22,912 bases of DNA from Desulfurella sp. Its GTDB lineage: Bacteria; Campylobacterota_A; Desulfurellia; Desulfurellales; Desulfurellaceae. The stretch lies in the NCBI GenBank assembly GCA_031960885.1, contig JAVRLY010000017.1:1-22912 (forward strand), written 5' to 3'. Positions 9,351 to 18,430 of the stretch are shown here, one piece after another. Numbering within the stretch: the first letter of the stretch is position 1; every line of letters starts with the position of its first letter. A model generated the notes under the pieces. That model saw only the letters and a program-made list of their open reading frames with translations. It was not told the origin of the DNA and searched no databases. The position numbers were made by a program, and so were the translations under genes.

Positions 9351-11141
9351 TTATTTATTCGGGTTTATTATATGCTGGCTCAACAAACCTTCATAAATCT
9401 TTTTCGATACAGCTGCAGCGTAATGACTATCATAGCCATGTTCTAAAAATACAACCATAATAATTTGAGGGTCATGTTTTGGCGCAAAAGATGCAAACCA
9501 AGCTTGCGGTAAGTATTTGCGTATTTTATTTAAATCCCAATTATTTTGGATAAGAAGCGTTTCTAGTTGTTTGCTTGTTACTACTTGAGCTGTGCCAGTT
9601 TTGCCACAAATTGTTAAATTTGGTATATATGCGTTATGAGCTGTACCAATGGGGCTTGATACAGTTAGTTCAAGAGCGTTTTTAATTATCTCAAAATCTT
9701 TTTTAGAATCTTTTATGTCATAGAGAATTTTTTTAGGTTCTGCATAGCTTAAACGCGGTTTAAAGGCTATACCGTCATTTGCTATAACAGAATATCCAAC
9801 AGCAAGTTGCATAGGTGTAAATAGTGTATATGCTTGGCCTATGGCGCTTGTAATTGTATCTCCTAGATACCATGGTTTATGATACATTTTGTATTTATAC
9901 TCTGGTGATGCAATAATGCCTTTTGATTCATACCCAAACAATCCAGTGCTTTTACCAAAGCCAAATTTTTCTAAATATTCATCAATTGTTTTAATGCCAA
10001 GCTTCATGCCAATTTGATACATAAAAACATCCGATGAGCCAGCTAATGCTGTGTATAAATTTATTTTGCCAAAACCACCTACTTTCCAATCCTTAAAAGT
10101 GTATGAGCCAATTCTAATTTCATATGGACAATATAGATATGTATCTGGTGTAATTATGCCTTTTTTAAGTGCGGCAAAAATTAAAAACGGTTTTATGGTT
10201 GATCCAGGAGGATAAGCTCCTTGAACAGCTCTATTAAACAAAGATATTTTATCTCCTTTTTGCAATTCTTGCCATTCTTGTTCAGAAAGACCATTCACAA
10301 AATCATTCGGGTTAAACGATGGTTTGCTAACAAGCGCCAATACGTCTCCGTTGCTTTTTAAAATCACTACAGCCCCTTTATAGTTTCCAAGCGCATTGTA
10401 GGCTATTTCCTGTGCTTTATAATTTATTGTCAAGCGTAAACTATCGCCTTTTTTGGGATTTTGTTGTCCAAGCAGCTTGACTGTTGTACCAGAAACATTG
10501 CGCTCAATTTCCTTTTGACCCCATGTTCCTTCTAATTCTTTGTTAAATAACTTTTCAACACCCATTTGACCAACGTAAGAACCTACCACAGCACCTTTTT
10601 TTATATCATTTTCATTAGCTTCAGAAATATAGCCTACAACTGGTGCATAAATTAATGGATTACCTAAATATACCCTTTTTGGCTCGATTTCAACATCAAC
10701 ATTCTTTAATATATCTTTATGTGATAATACCTCAAATACCTGATCATGACTTATATTATTAGCCAACACTTGTGTTGAAAAGTAACTGATAGAATCAATT
10801 TTTTTCTCAATTTTTCCTTTGGGCTCTTTTAAAATATTAGATAGCAAATCTATCTCTTTTGGGTTAGTCCTAAGATTTCTTGTAAAGTAAAGTGTAAATG
10901 AAGGTTGATTAGAAGCAATAATATAGTTATCAGAAGTTATAATCTCACCACGTGCTGGTCTTATGCCAATTAGTCGCAAACAGTTATTTTTTGCCATCTC
11001 ATTGTATAGATTGTAATTTATGATTTGCAAATAAAACAATTTTCCAATAATAATCAAAGTAGCCACAATCAAAACAAGTTTTATATAATTTTTTGATGTG
11101 TTAAAATTTTTTGATACTGGAATATCAATCTTTCTTTGCAT
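9351..11141 (-). CDS. mrdA: Penicillin-binding protein 2 (class B transpeptidase)
   Basis: N-terminal TM plus LFYLQI, PARGEI, GQMGVEK, YPPGSTIK (SxxK), SSDV (SxD, typical of PBP2), IGQ, GKTGTAQ. Downstream of mreBC. Confidence 0.93.
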   Translation of the reverse strand: MQRKIDIPVSKNFNTSKNYIKLVLIVATLIIIGKLFYLQIINYNLYNEMAKNNCLRLIGIRPARGEIITSDNYIIASNQPSFTLYFTRNLRTNPKEIDLLSNILKEPKGKIEKKIDSISYFSTQVLANNISHDQVFEVLSHKDILKNVDVEIEPKRVYLGNPLIYAPVVGYISEANENDIKKGAVVGSYVGQMGVEKLFNKELEGTWGQKEIERNVSGTTVKLLGQQNPKKGDSLRLTINYKAQEIAYNALGNYKGAVVILKSNGDVLALVSKPSFNPNDFVNGLSEQEWQELQKGDKISLFNRAVQGAYPPGSTIKPFLIFAALKKGIITPDTYLYCPYEIRIGSYTFKDWKVGGFGKINLYTALAGSSDVFMYQIGMKLGIKTIDEYLEKFGFGKSTGLFGYESKGIIASPEYKYKMYHKPWYLGDTITSAIGQAYTLFTPMQLAVGYSVIANDGIAFKPRLSYAEPKKILYDIKDSKKDFEIIKNALELTVSSPIGTAHNAYIPNLTICGKTGTAQVVTSKQLETLLIQNNWDLNKIRKYLPQAWFASFAPKHDPQIIMVVFLEHGYDSHYAAAVSKKIYEGLLSQHIINPNK

Positions 11142-11571
11142 AAGCTATTGATAGAAGTCTTTGGACTATATAATAAAAAATACAAAGCACCAAAATATTG
11201 AGCAGGCAAATTTCAAAAGGTATATTATAAACCAAATTGTTATATATACCAATTAATAAAATTAGGCCTATAATAAATTTAGAACCTGAAATGCTTTTTA
11301 TAAAATCATTTAAATATACTATTAACACAAATACAAAAGCATTGTAAAATACAATATTGTGCTGCATGCAATCCATTATAAATCCAATAAAGAAAGCAGC
11401 TATATAGAATTGATTTGTGTAGTATGGGCTAAAATGTTGTTTATTTGATATAAGTAATATTGTTAGTATTAGAAAAGAAAAAACTTCATATGGTATAAAA
11501 AATATGTAGCTACTAAATATTGAAAATGCAAATGCAATAAAAAAAATTAACACAAATACTAGATATTTCAT
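11125..11571 (-). CDS. mreD: Multi-TM membrane protein, probable divergent MreD
   Basis: 148 aa, about 5 hydrophobic segments, FFIGFIMD resembles the MreD G-x-x-x-D motif. Sits exactly between mreC and mrdA. Assignment is mostly by synteny. Confidence 0.55.
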   Translation of the reverse strand: MKYLVFVLIFFIAFAFSIFSSYIFFIPYEVFSFLILTILLISNKQHFSPYYTNQFYIAAFFIGFIMDCMQHNIVFYNAFVFVLIVYLNDFIKSISGSKFIIGLILLIGIYNNLVYNIPFEICLLNILVLCIFYYIVQRLLSIAYAKKD

Positions 11572-12323
11572 TTGTAATTTACCACATATACAAAACTGTC
11601 ATTTAAAAATGTTTTATCGATTTTAACTAATGCAATTTTGTAAAAACCACGCACTTCATAAATTTTTTCAATTGTGCCGATATTTATATTTGGAACCATA
11701 TTGCCAATTAAACCAGAAGTTACCACTTTTGCATTATTTTTAATATTGCTTTGTGTGTTCAGAAACTCAATTTTTGGTTCAACAAGAGAACCTTTAAAAA
11801 TACCTCTATAATAATTATTATTGTTGTCTATAAAGCAATCTGCTACGAAATTGCTATTAAATACAGTTTTAACTTTGTATAATCCGTCTACTTTTGATTC
11901 AACTTTTCCCACTAGATTAAGCTTTTGTGATACAACTGTTTTATGCAATATATCTTGTTCTGGAGCATTAGATTTTATATATATATAATTAATATCTGAA
12001 AAATCTTTGAAAACAAAAGGACATTTTATTAAATAAGGGCTGGTTTGCACATCTAAATTACGAAATTTTGCTTTTAGTATTTTATTTTCAAGAGTTAATT
12101 TACTAATCTCACTTAATAGGTGAGTGTTTTTAATTTGAGTATTTTGCAAAACTATATAGTTTTTTACGATATTTGAAATAGAATCTAAAACATAATTGCC
12201 ACTGCTTTCAATAGGATTCATTACATATAAAACGCTTTTTGAAATAAAAAAATTAAAATTCGTATAATAGTTTATTAGCGATAAAGTTGCTGCTAATATG
12301 ATGTAAAATAAAAGTTTTTTCAT
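11568..12323 (-). CDS. mreC: Rod shape-determining protein MreC
   Basis: N-terminal TM, coiled coil (LTLENKILK), LVGKV, VVTSGLIG.MVP.I.IG.I motif. Follows mreB. Confidence 0.85.
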   Translation of the reverse strand: MKKLLFYIILAATLSLINYYTNFNFFISKSVLYVMNPIESSGNYVLDSISNIVKNYIVLQNTQIKNTHLLSEISKLTLENKILKAKFRNLDVQTSPYLIKCPFVFKDFSDINYIYIKSNAPEQDILHKTVVSQKLNLVGKVESKVDGLYKVKTVFNSNFVADCFIDNNNNYYRGIFKGSLVEPKIEFLNTQSNIKNNAKVVTSGLIGNMVPNINIGTIEKIYEVRGFYKIALVKIDKTFLNDSFVYVVNYK

Positions 12324-13363
12324 TCAATGGCAACTTCACTTAAGAAGTCTAGATTTTCAAGCACTTTACCAGCTCCTAATACGACAGCAAGTAGAGGTTG
12401 ATCAAAAACTTTAACAGATAGACCTGTTTCTTTCGAAATCAAAATATCCAAACCCTTAATTTGAGCTCCGCCGCCTGTTAGCATAATGCCATTATCTACG
12501 ATATCACTTGCAAGCTCTGGCGGTGTTTGTTCCAATGCGTCTTTTACAGCATTAACAATTAATGTAATAGGCTCTTTAATTGCATCGCGAATTTCTTCGA
12601 CAGAAATTTCTATAGAAGTTGGTATTCCAGTTATCAAATCGATACCTTTAATCGATATTTTTTGACTATCGTTTTCTTGAGGGTAAGCGCTACCATAGTT
12701 GATTTTAATATTTTCTGCGCTTGATTCGCCAATTAAAATAGAATATTTCTTTTTTATGTAGTTTGATATTGCCGCATCAAGCCTATCGCCACCGCATTTA
12801 ATAGAAACACTATTTACAATTCCTCCAAGCGATATGACGGCTACCTCAGTTGTACCACCGCCAATATCTACAATCATAGAGCCAATTGCTTCTTGCACTG
12901 GCAGTCCAGCGCCAATTGCTGCACTCATTGGTTCTTCAATTAGGTAAACTTCTCTGGCGCCCGCATCGTTTGCTGCGTCTTTTACGGCCTTTTTTTCAAC
13001 CTGTGTAATGCCATGTGGCACCGCTATAATGATTCTTGGTTTAAAAATTGTTTTTGAATTTTTAGATTTTTTTATAAAGTATCTTATCATTCTCTCTGCT
13101 ATCTCAAAGTCAGCAATAACACCATCTTTCATTGGTCTTATAGCTGTAATATTACCAGGTGTTCTACCCACCATTTCTTTTGCTTCTTTTCCAACAGCCA
13201 ATACTTTTTCTACACCGCCTGAGTCTTTTTTGACAGCTACTACGCTCGGTTCATTTAATATTATGCCTTTACCATTCGCATATACAACTGTATTAGCTGT
13301 GCCTAAATCAATAGCTATGTCGTTTGAAAAGTAATTAATAATTTTACCAAACAAGCTAGTCAT
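12320..13363 (-). CDS. mreB: Rod shape-determining protein MreB
   Basis: IAIDLGTANT, NEPSVVA, RPMKDGVIADF, EEPMSAAIGAG, VDIGGGTTEVAVISLGG, LTGGGA. SD GGAG upstream. Confidence 0.98.
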   Translation of the reverse strand: MTSLFGKIINYFSNDIAIDLGTANTVVYANGKGIILNEPSVVAVKKDSGGVEKVLAVGKEAKEMVGRTPGNITAIRPMKDGVIADFEIAERMIRYFIKKSKNSKTIFKPRIIIAVPHGITQVEKKAVKDAANDAGAREVYLIEEPMSAAIGAGLPVQEAIGSMIVDIGGGTTEVAVISLGGIVNSVSIKCGGDRLDAAISNYIKKKYSILIGESSAENIKINYGSAYPQENDSQKISIKGIDLITGIPTSIEISVEEIRDAIKEPITLIVNAVKDALEQTPPELASDIVDNGIMLTGGGAQIKGLDILISKETGLSVKVFDQPLLAVVLGAGKVLENLDFLSEVAIE

Positions 13364-13364
13364 T

Positions 13365-15542
13365 TTATACTCCTATTTGAAAATCTTTTTTTAAACCACG
13401 CTCAACTTTTATTATACTGGGTTCTTTAGTCAATGCATTTATGCACTCATTAATCTCTTTGATGCTTGATACTTCTATTTCAAGCAAAAATACATCTTGA
13501 TTTGAAAGTTTTTTCATTTTGAAATCCGTTATGTTTATATTTAAATTTGCTACAGCAGAAGAAATTTTTGAAATTAGACCAAGCGTATCTTTTGCATATA
13601 CTGTAAGTATTGTTTTTACTTTCTTTTCTGATTCTTCCCATTGAGCTTTAATTAAACGCTCTGAATTGTAACCTAGTCTCATAATATTTTCACAATCAAT
13701 CCTATGCACCATAATTATGCCGTTTCTTGAAATATAGCCAATAATTTCATCTCCAACAACAGGGCTACAACACTTGGCTAATTTTATATCAAAATTTTGT
13801 TGGCCGTCAATACTAATTATAAACCCGGATTTCGTATTCGGATTGACTTCTTTTTTCTTTACTGTATCTTTTTGAGACCCTAAAGGGACAATGAGATTTA
13901 ATGGATTTATTTTTTTCAATCCAATATTTTCAAACAGATCATCTTCTTTGGCAAAACCTAAATTTGAGAGATTATCTTTAAAATCTTTAGATTTTAAATA
14001 AGATTGAAGCGTAATATTGTGTCTAAGTAATTCTTTTGATAATAAATTTTTGCCTATTACAATCATTTCTTGTTTTTCTAATTCTCTTACTCTTTGTTTT
14101 ATCTTGTTTCTAGCCTTAGTTGTTTTTACAAAAGAAAGCCAATCTCTAGATGGTTTGTGAGATGGACTTGTTAAAATTTCTACTATATCACCGCTTTGCA
14201 ATTCATGTCTTAGGGGCACCATTTTATTGTTTACTCTAGCTCCTGTACACATATCGCCAATTTGAGTGTGAATTTCATATGCAAAATCGACACAAGTAGA
14301 ACCTCTTGGTAGCACTTTTAAGTCTCCAGCAGGCGTAAAAACATATATTTCCCCGCTCTCTAAGTCTGTTTTCATATTCCTTAAGAATTCTTGCGAGCTT
14401 TCATTTTGAGTATTTTCAAGCAATTTTCTTAGCCACACGAACATTTTGTCGTTTAAATTGAATCTCTTTCCTTCTTTGTAACGCCAGTGAGCTGCAAGAC
14501 CCTCTTCGTTTATCTCATGCATTTTTTGAGTTCTAATTTGAATTTCAAGTATAACATCGCCTGGCCCAAATACTGTGGTATGTAAGGATTGATACATGTT
14601 TTGTTTTGGCAGGGCTATATAATCCTTAAAACGATTTGGTAGTGGTTTGTAAAGTTTGTGTACAACGCCTAAAGCATTATAACAGTCTTTTTCGGTTTCT
14701 GTGATAATTCTAAACGCCACAAAGTCATAAATACTATCAAGATCAATATTTTTTCTTTGCATCTTTGTGTATATGCTGTATATATGTTTGATTCTGCCGT
14801 TAACCTCGCATTTAATATTGTTTTGCAATAAATCTTCTTTTAGGGAGTTTTCTATAAATTTTATGTACTCTTCTTTTTTTTCCAAAAGATTTTCTAAATA
14901 GTACTTTATTTTATTGTATGATTTGTAATCAATTATTTCAAAACTTCTATCCTCAAGCTCGCTTTTGAGCCAATATATACCAAGCCTATGAGCCATTGGA
15001 GCATAGATATCAAGCGTTTCTTGAGCTATCTTTTTTCTTTTTTCTTCGTTCAAATATACGATTGTGCGCATATTATGAAGCCTGTCTGCTAATTTTATAA
15101 GAATAACTCTTAAATCGTTTGCAACTGAAACTAAAAGTTTCCTAAAGTTGTCTGCTTGTTTTTGCTCTGCGCTTTTGTACTGCAAAGATTCTATTTTTGT
15201 TAGTGCTTTAACAAGTTCCAAGACATCGGAGCCAAAAACCTTTTCTATTTCATCTTCTTTTGTTTGCGTATCTTCCAAAACATCATGCAGTAATGCTGCG
15301 GCGATTGTATTTTCATCCAACAACAATTTTGTTACAATCTTTGCTGTATGTATTGGATGTACAATGTAGCTCTCATTTGATGCACGTTTCTGCGTTTTGT
15401 GTTTTTCATAAGCAAACAAAAAAGCCCTATCAATAATATCGAAATCAAAATCGCTCCTTTGTTGCTTTATAGCTGTGTTTTTTATGGTTTTTTTCAAATC
15501 TTCATATAAAAGTTCAATATCTGGCTCTATTTTATACTCCAA
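13365..15542 (-). CDS. spoT: Bifunctional (p)ppGpp synthetase/hydrolase, long RSH (Rel/SpoT)
   Basis: HD domain (YIVHP, LLHDVLED, KLADRLHNMRT), synthetase (GRIKHIYSI, RFKDYIALPK.NMYQSLHT, EIQIRT, AAHWRYK), TGS (VFTPAG, DFAYEIHT), AKCCSP and an ACT-like C-terminus. The TTG start is uncertain. Confidence 0.96.
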   Translation of the reverse strand: MEYKIEPDIELLYEDLKKTIKNTAIKQQRSDFDFDIIDRAFLFAYEKHKTQKRASNESYIVHPIHTAKIVTKLLLDENTIAAALLHDVLEDTQTKEDEIEKVFGSDVLELVKALTKIESLQYKSAEQKQADNFRKLLVSVANDLRVILIKLADRLHNMRTIVYLNEEKRKKIAQETLDIYAPMAHRLGIYWLKSELEDRSFEIIDYKSYNKIKYYLENLLEKKEEYIKFIENSLKEDLLQNNIKCEVNGRIKHIYSIYTKMQRKNIDLDSIYDFVAFRIITETEKDCYNALGVVHKLYKPLPNRFKDYIALPKQNMYQSLHTTVFGPGDVILEIQIRTQKMHEINEEGLAAHWRYKEGKRFNLNDKMFVWLRKLLENTQNESSQEFLRNMKTDLESGEIYVFTPAGDLKVLPRGSTCVDFAYEIHTQIGDMCTGARVNNKMVPLRHELQSGDIVEILTSPSHKPSRDWLSFVKTTKARNKIKQRVRELEKQEMIVIGKNLLSKELLRHNITLQSYLKSKDFKDNLSNLGFAKEDDLFENIGLKKINPLNLIVPLGSQKDTVKKKEVNPNTKSGFIISIDGQQNFDIKLAKCCSPVVGDEIIGYISRNGIIMVHRIDCENIMRLGYNSERLIKAQWEESEKKVKTILTVYAKDTLGLISKISSAVANLNINITDFKMKKLSNQDVFLLEIEVSSIKEINECINALTKEPSIIKVERGLKKDFQIGV

Positions 15543-15724
15543 AGTCCTTGTGATAATTCTTTTAATGCTATTACAGTATTTTTGTGCGCGTTTGGTTTTA
15601 CATTAATAAGAGGTTTATCTCCTCTATATAATGCATGTGTACGAATAGCCGCCATCCTTACTAATGCATATTTACTTTCGATGTGTTCTAGCGCTTTATG
15701 TACGAGCTCAACAGTTGATTCCAT
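15527..15724 (-). CDS. rpoZ: RNA polymerase omega subunit
   Basis: SKYALVRMAAIR and K.TVIALKEL motifs. gmk-rpoZ-spoT synteny. SD GGAGG and TAATG coupling. Confidence 0.9.
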   Translation of the reverse strand: MESTVELVHKALEHIESKYALVRMAAIRTHALYRGDKPLINVKPNAHKNTVIALKELSQGLWSIK

Positions 15725-16317
15725 TAATCCTCCCTGAATTTTTTTATTTTCAATTTTAAATCATTAATTAAATTTTCTATGTCTTTTTTATGTTTAGCTT
15801 CTTCACAAAACACAATATTTTGAATTTGTTTAACTGTTTTGTCTATTGAATAATTTACTATTGCATATTCAAAATTCCACACCTCATCTAACTCTTTTAT
15901 AGCATTATTTAAGCGAATATCAAAATTGTTTCTTTGTGTTTTATTAATTCTTCTCATCCATTCTTCAAAAGATGGAGGTAGCAGGAAAATTGTTATTACA
16001 GATGGCATAATTGCTTTTATTTTTGCAGCACCTTGAACATCTATGGTTAGTATCTTATGCTTGGAATTCGATTGAAGAGATTTTCTTGATACGCCATAAT
16101 AATTATTGTGCACATATGAAAACTCGACAAAAAAACCTTCTTTTATTAATTCATCAAATTTTTCCCTACCCACAAAGCAATAGTCAACATTATCAATTTC
16201 AATTGGACGTTTTGGTCTTGAAGTATACGTTACAATACGTTCAAAATTAATTTTTTCAAGGTTTTTTGCTATAGTTGTTTTACCTACGCCACTTGGGCTT
16301 GAAATAATAAGAATCAT
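15724..16317 (-). CDS. gmk: Guanylate kinase
   Basis: SSPSGVGKTT P-loop, TSRPKR..E...VDYCFV, YYG, IDVQGA, IFLLPPS. Confidence 0.95.
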   Translation of the reverse strand: MILIISSPSGVGKTTIAKNLEKINFERIVTYTSRPKRPIEIDNVDYCFVGREKFDELIKEGFFVEFSYVHNNYYGVSRKSLQSNSKHKILTIDVQGAAKIKAIMPSVITIFLLPPSFEEWMRRINKTQRNNFDIRLNNAIKELDEVWNFEYAIVNYSIDKTVKQIQNIVFCEEAKHKKDIENLINDLKLKIKKFRED

Positions 16318-16565
16318 AACTTAGTTTCATTTATGCGCTCAGCTAATGTCTGAGGCGCAATTGCAGACATTATAATATGTCCTGAGTCTGTTATCAATAT
16401 GGCGCGTGTTTTTTTACCTTTTGTAGCATCTATTATTTTGCCGGTATTTTTAAACTCGTCTTTTAATTTTTTAATAGGCGTAGAATCTGGGTTTAGTATT
16501 GCAATAACACGCTCTTTGTTTACAATATTGCCAAATCCAATATTAACGCAAACTTTCATCATCAC
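16314..16565 (-). CDS. remA: DUF370 / RemA-family small regulator
   Basis: NIGFGNIV...RVIAI, S.PIKKL, IDATKGKKTRAILITDSGHIIMSA. Usual position upstream of gmk. Confidence 0.88.
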   Translation of the reverse strand: MMMKVCVNIGFGNIVNKERVIAILNPDSTPIKKLKDEFKNTGKIIDATKGKKTRAILITDSGHIIMSAIAPQTLAERINETKL

Positions 16566-18430
16566 TCCTTTAGTAATTCTAAATCAATTTTTCCTTCGTA
16601 AATACTCACTTTTGAAGGTTTAACTTTAACTGAATCACCTAATTTATATGTTTTTCCAGATTTTCTTCCAATAATCATTTGTTTTTGTTCATAAAACATA
16701 TAATAATCATCTTTGAGGGAACTAAAAGATACAAAACCCTCAGCGTACACTTCTTTTAGTTCAACAAACATACCGCTTCCTATGAAGGATGAAATAATAC
16801 CGTGAAATGTTTTGTCAATATAGTTACTAATTAATCTAGCCTGTTTAATGTCTTTGGCATAATATTGGGCTGCTTCTGTTACAAGCTCTTTTTTCTGAAC
16901 ATACCTTACTATGTTTTCAAGCTTTTTATAGGCATAAGGATGTAATGAGCAAAGTGTATTGTATAGTGTTTTATGTATAACCAAATCTGGAAATCGTCTA
17001 ATTGGTGATGTAAAATGAGTGTAGTTTTCAAAGCCAAGCGCAAAGTGGCCAGTTTCTTTTAGTGAATATTCTGCTCTTTCTAAACTTCTTAAAACCATTT
17101 TTGAAACAATAGGGCGCTGAGTTTCATCTATCGATTTAATAAAATGCTGTATACTTTTTGCACTTGGTTTTTTTGGAAATTGATAACCAAATGCTTTTAA
17201 TTTTGCACTTAAGTCCATAAGTTTAGTTGTTTGAGGTTTTTCATGGATTCTGCGCAAAAATTGTACTTTATTGCTTAAATAATCAGCTGTAGCTTTATTT
17301 GCTGCAAGCATAAATTCTTCAATTATGTGATGGGAAAATAGGTTTGGTTTTTCTACAATATTTACAATTTGCTCGTTTTCTATTACAAACGATGCTTCTT
17401 TGATTTCTAACTCCAAACTGCCTTTTAAAAATCTCCTTGCCCTTAAAATCTTTGCTAAGATTTTCATTTTGATTAAATACTCTTTCAAGCTTTCGCTGCA
17501 TGTAACTTTGCCATTTATACAATCTTCAACGAAATCGTATGTTAGACGATTTTTATTTTTAATTACGCTTTTTACAAATTTATAAGATTTACGCTTGCCT
17601 TTTTTGTCAAAATCTATAATCACACTGAAGGCTAGTCTATCTTTATCTGGCACAAGAGAACAAATATCATCAGATAACTTTCTAGGCAACATTGGTATAT
17701 TACTTTGTGGGAAATATACGCTAAATCCTCTTTCATATGCGCTTTTTTCAATTGCGCTATTGTCTTTTACATAATATGATACATCTGCTATGTGCACATA
17801 AAGCCTATACCCATTTTTTAAAAATTCAACATCAATTGCATCATCAAAATCTTTTGCACTTTTATCGTCAATTGTTATGGTATTTAAATGCCTGAAATCT
17901 TTGCGTCCAACAAAATCTTTGTCTGTTGGTTCTTTTATAATCTCTAATTCTTTTTCAACCTCATCACTAAATTCCGTAGGCAGATTATATTTGTCAATTA
18001 CAATTTCCTCATCGCTAATACTAGATTGAGAGTAGACTTTAACAATATTTGCTATTTCTGTGTTCTTGGATTGATTGATATGCGCTTTTATTAGTTCACC
18101 TTCATTTGCTTTACCAGATAGCTTTATAAGAAATTTTGTTTTTAATGGTTCAAAAAAGAATGATGAGTTAATTTTTCTTACATAGCCAATTACATACTTG
18201 TTGTACCTTTTTGTGACATTAAGCAGTTTTGCTCTTGGATGTTTATTCCAAATAAACAAAACTTCAATTTCGTCACTATCTTGAGCAAATTTATCTGAAA
18301 AATCAAAGTGATCTTTTTCTACATTGTAAATGTTTTTGTCCGTTATAATTGAATAACAGGTTTTATCAACTTTTAAAAGACCTTTTATATTAAGCTTTTT
18401 ATTTTTATGCTTTTTAGATATATTAGACAT
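16562..18430 (-). CDS. rnr: RNB-domain exoribonuclease (RNase R, compact form)
   Basis: TIDDKSAKDFDDA catalytic motif, VHIADVSYYV, SVYFP, MLP..LS...CSL, IEEFMLAAN, GHFALG...YTHFTSPIRRFPDL, C-terminal S1 domain. Confidence 0.9.
   Translation of the reverse strand: MSNISKKHKNKKLNIKGLLKVDKTCYSIITDKNIYNVEKDHFDFSDKFAQDSDEIEVLFIWNKHPRAKLLNVTKRYNKYVIGYVRKINSSFFFEPLKTKFLIKLSGKANEGELIKAHINQSKNTEIANIVKVYSQSSISDEEIVIDKYNLPTEFSDEVEKELEIIKEPTDKDFVGRKDFRHLNTITIDDKSAKDFDDAIDVEFLKNGYRLYVHIADVSYYVKDNSAIEKSAYERGFSVYFPQSNIPMLPRKLSDDICSLVPDKDRLAFSVIIDFDKKGKRKSYKFVKSVIKNKNRLTYDFVEDCINGKVTCSESLKEYLIKMKILAKILRARRFLKGSLELEIKEASFVIENEQIVNIVEKPNLFSHHIIEEFMLAANKATADYLSNKVQFLRRIHEKPQTTKLMDLSAKLKAFGYQFPKKPSAKSIQHFIKSIDETQRPIVSKMVLRSLERAEYSLKETGHFALGFENYTHFTSPIRRFPDLVIHKTLYNTLCSLHPYAYKKLENIVRYVQKKELVTEAAQYYAKDIKQARLISNYIDKTFHGIISSFIGSGMFVELKEVYAEGFVSFSSLKDDYYMFYEQKQMIIGRKSGKTYKLGDSVKVKPSKVSIYEGKIDLELLKE

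Noticed and set aside
9340..9356. Intrinsic terminator between the convergent cerS-like gene and mrdA
   Set aside because: Only 5 nt separate the stops and no GC-rich hairpin is visible.
13362..15540. 12-bp direct repeat ATTTTATACTCC at 13362-13373 and 15529-15540, flanking spoT like a target-site duplication
   Set aside because: AT-rich 12-mers recur by chance in a window this size. One copy is simply the mreB SD region, rpoZ-spoT synteny is ancestral, and there is no mobility gene.
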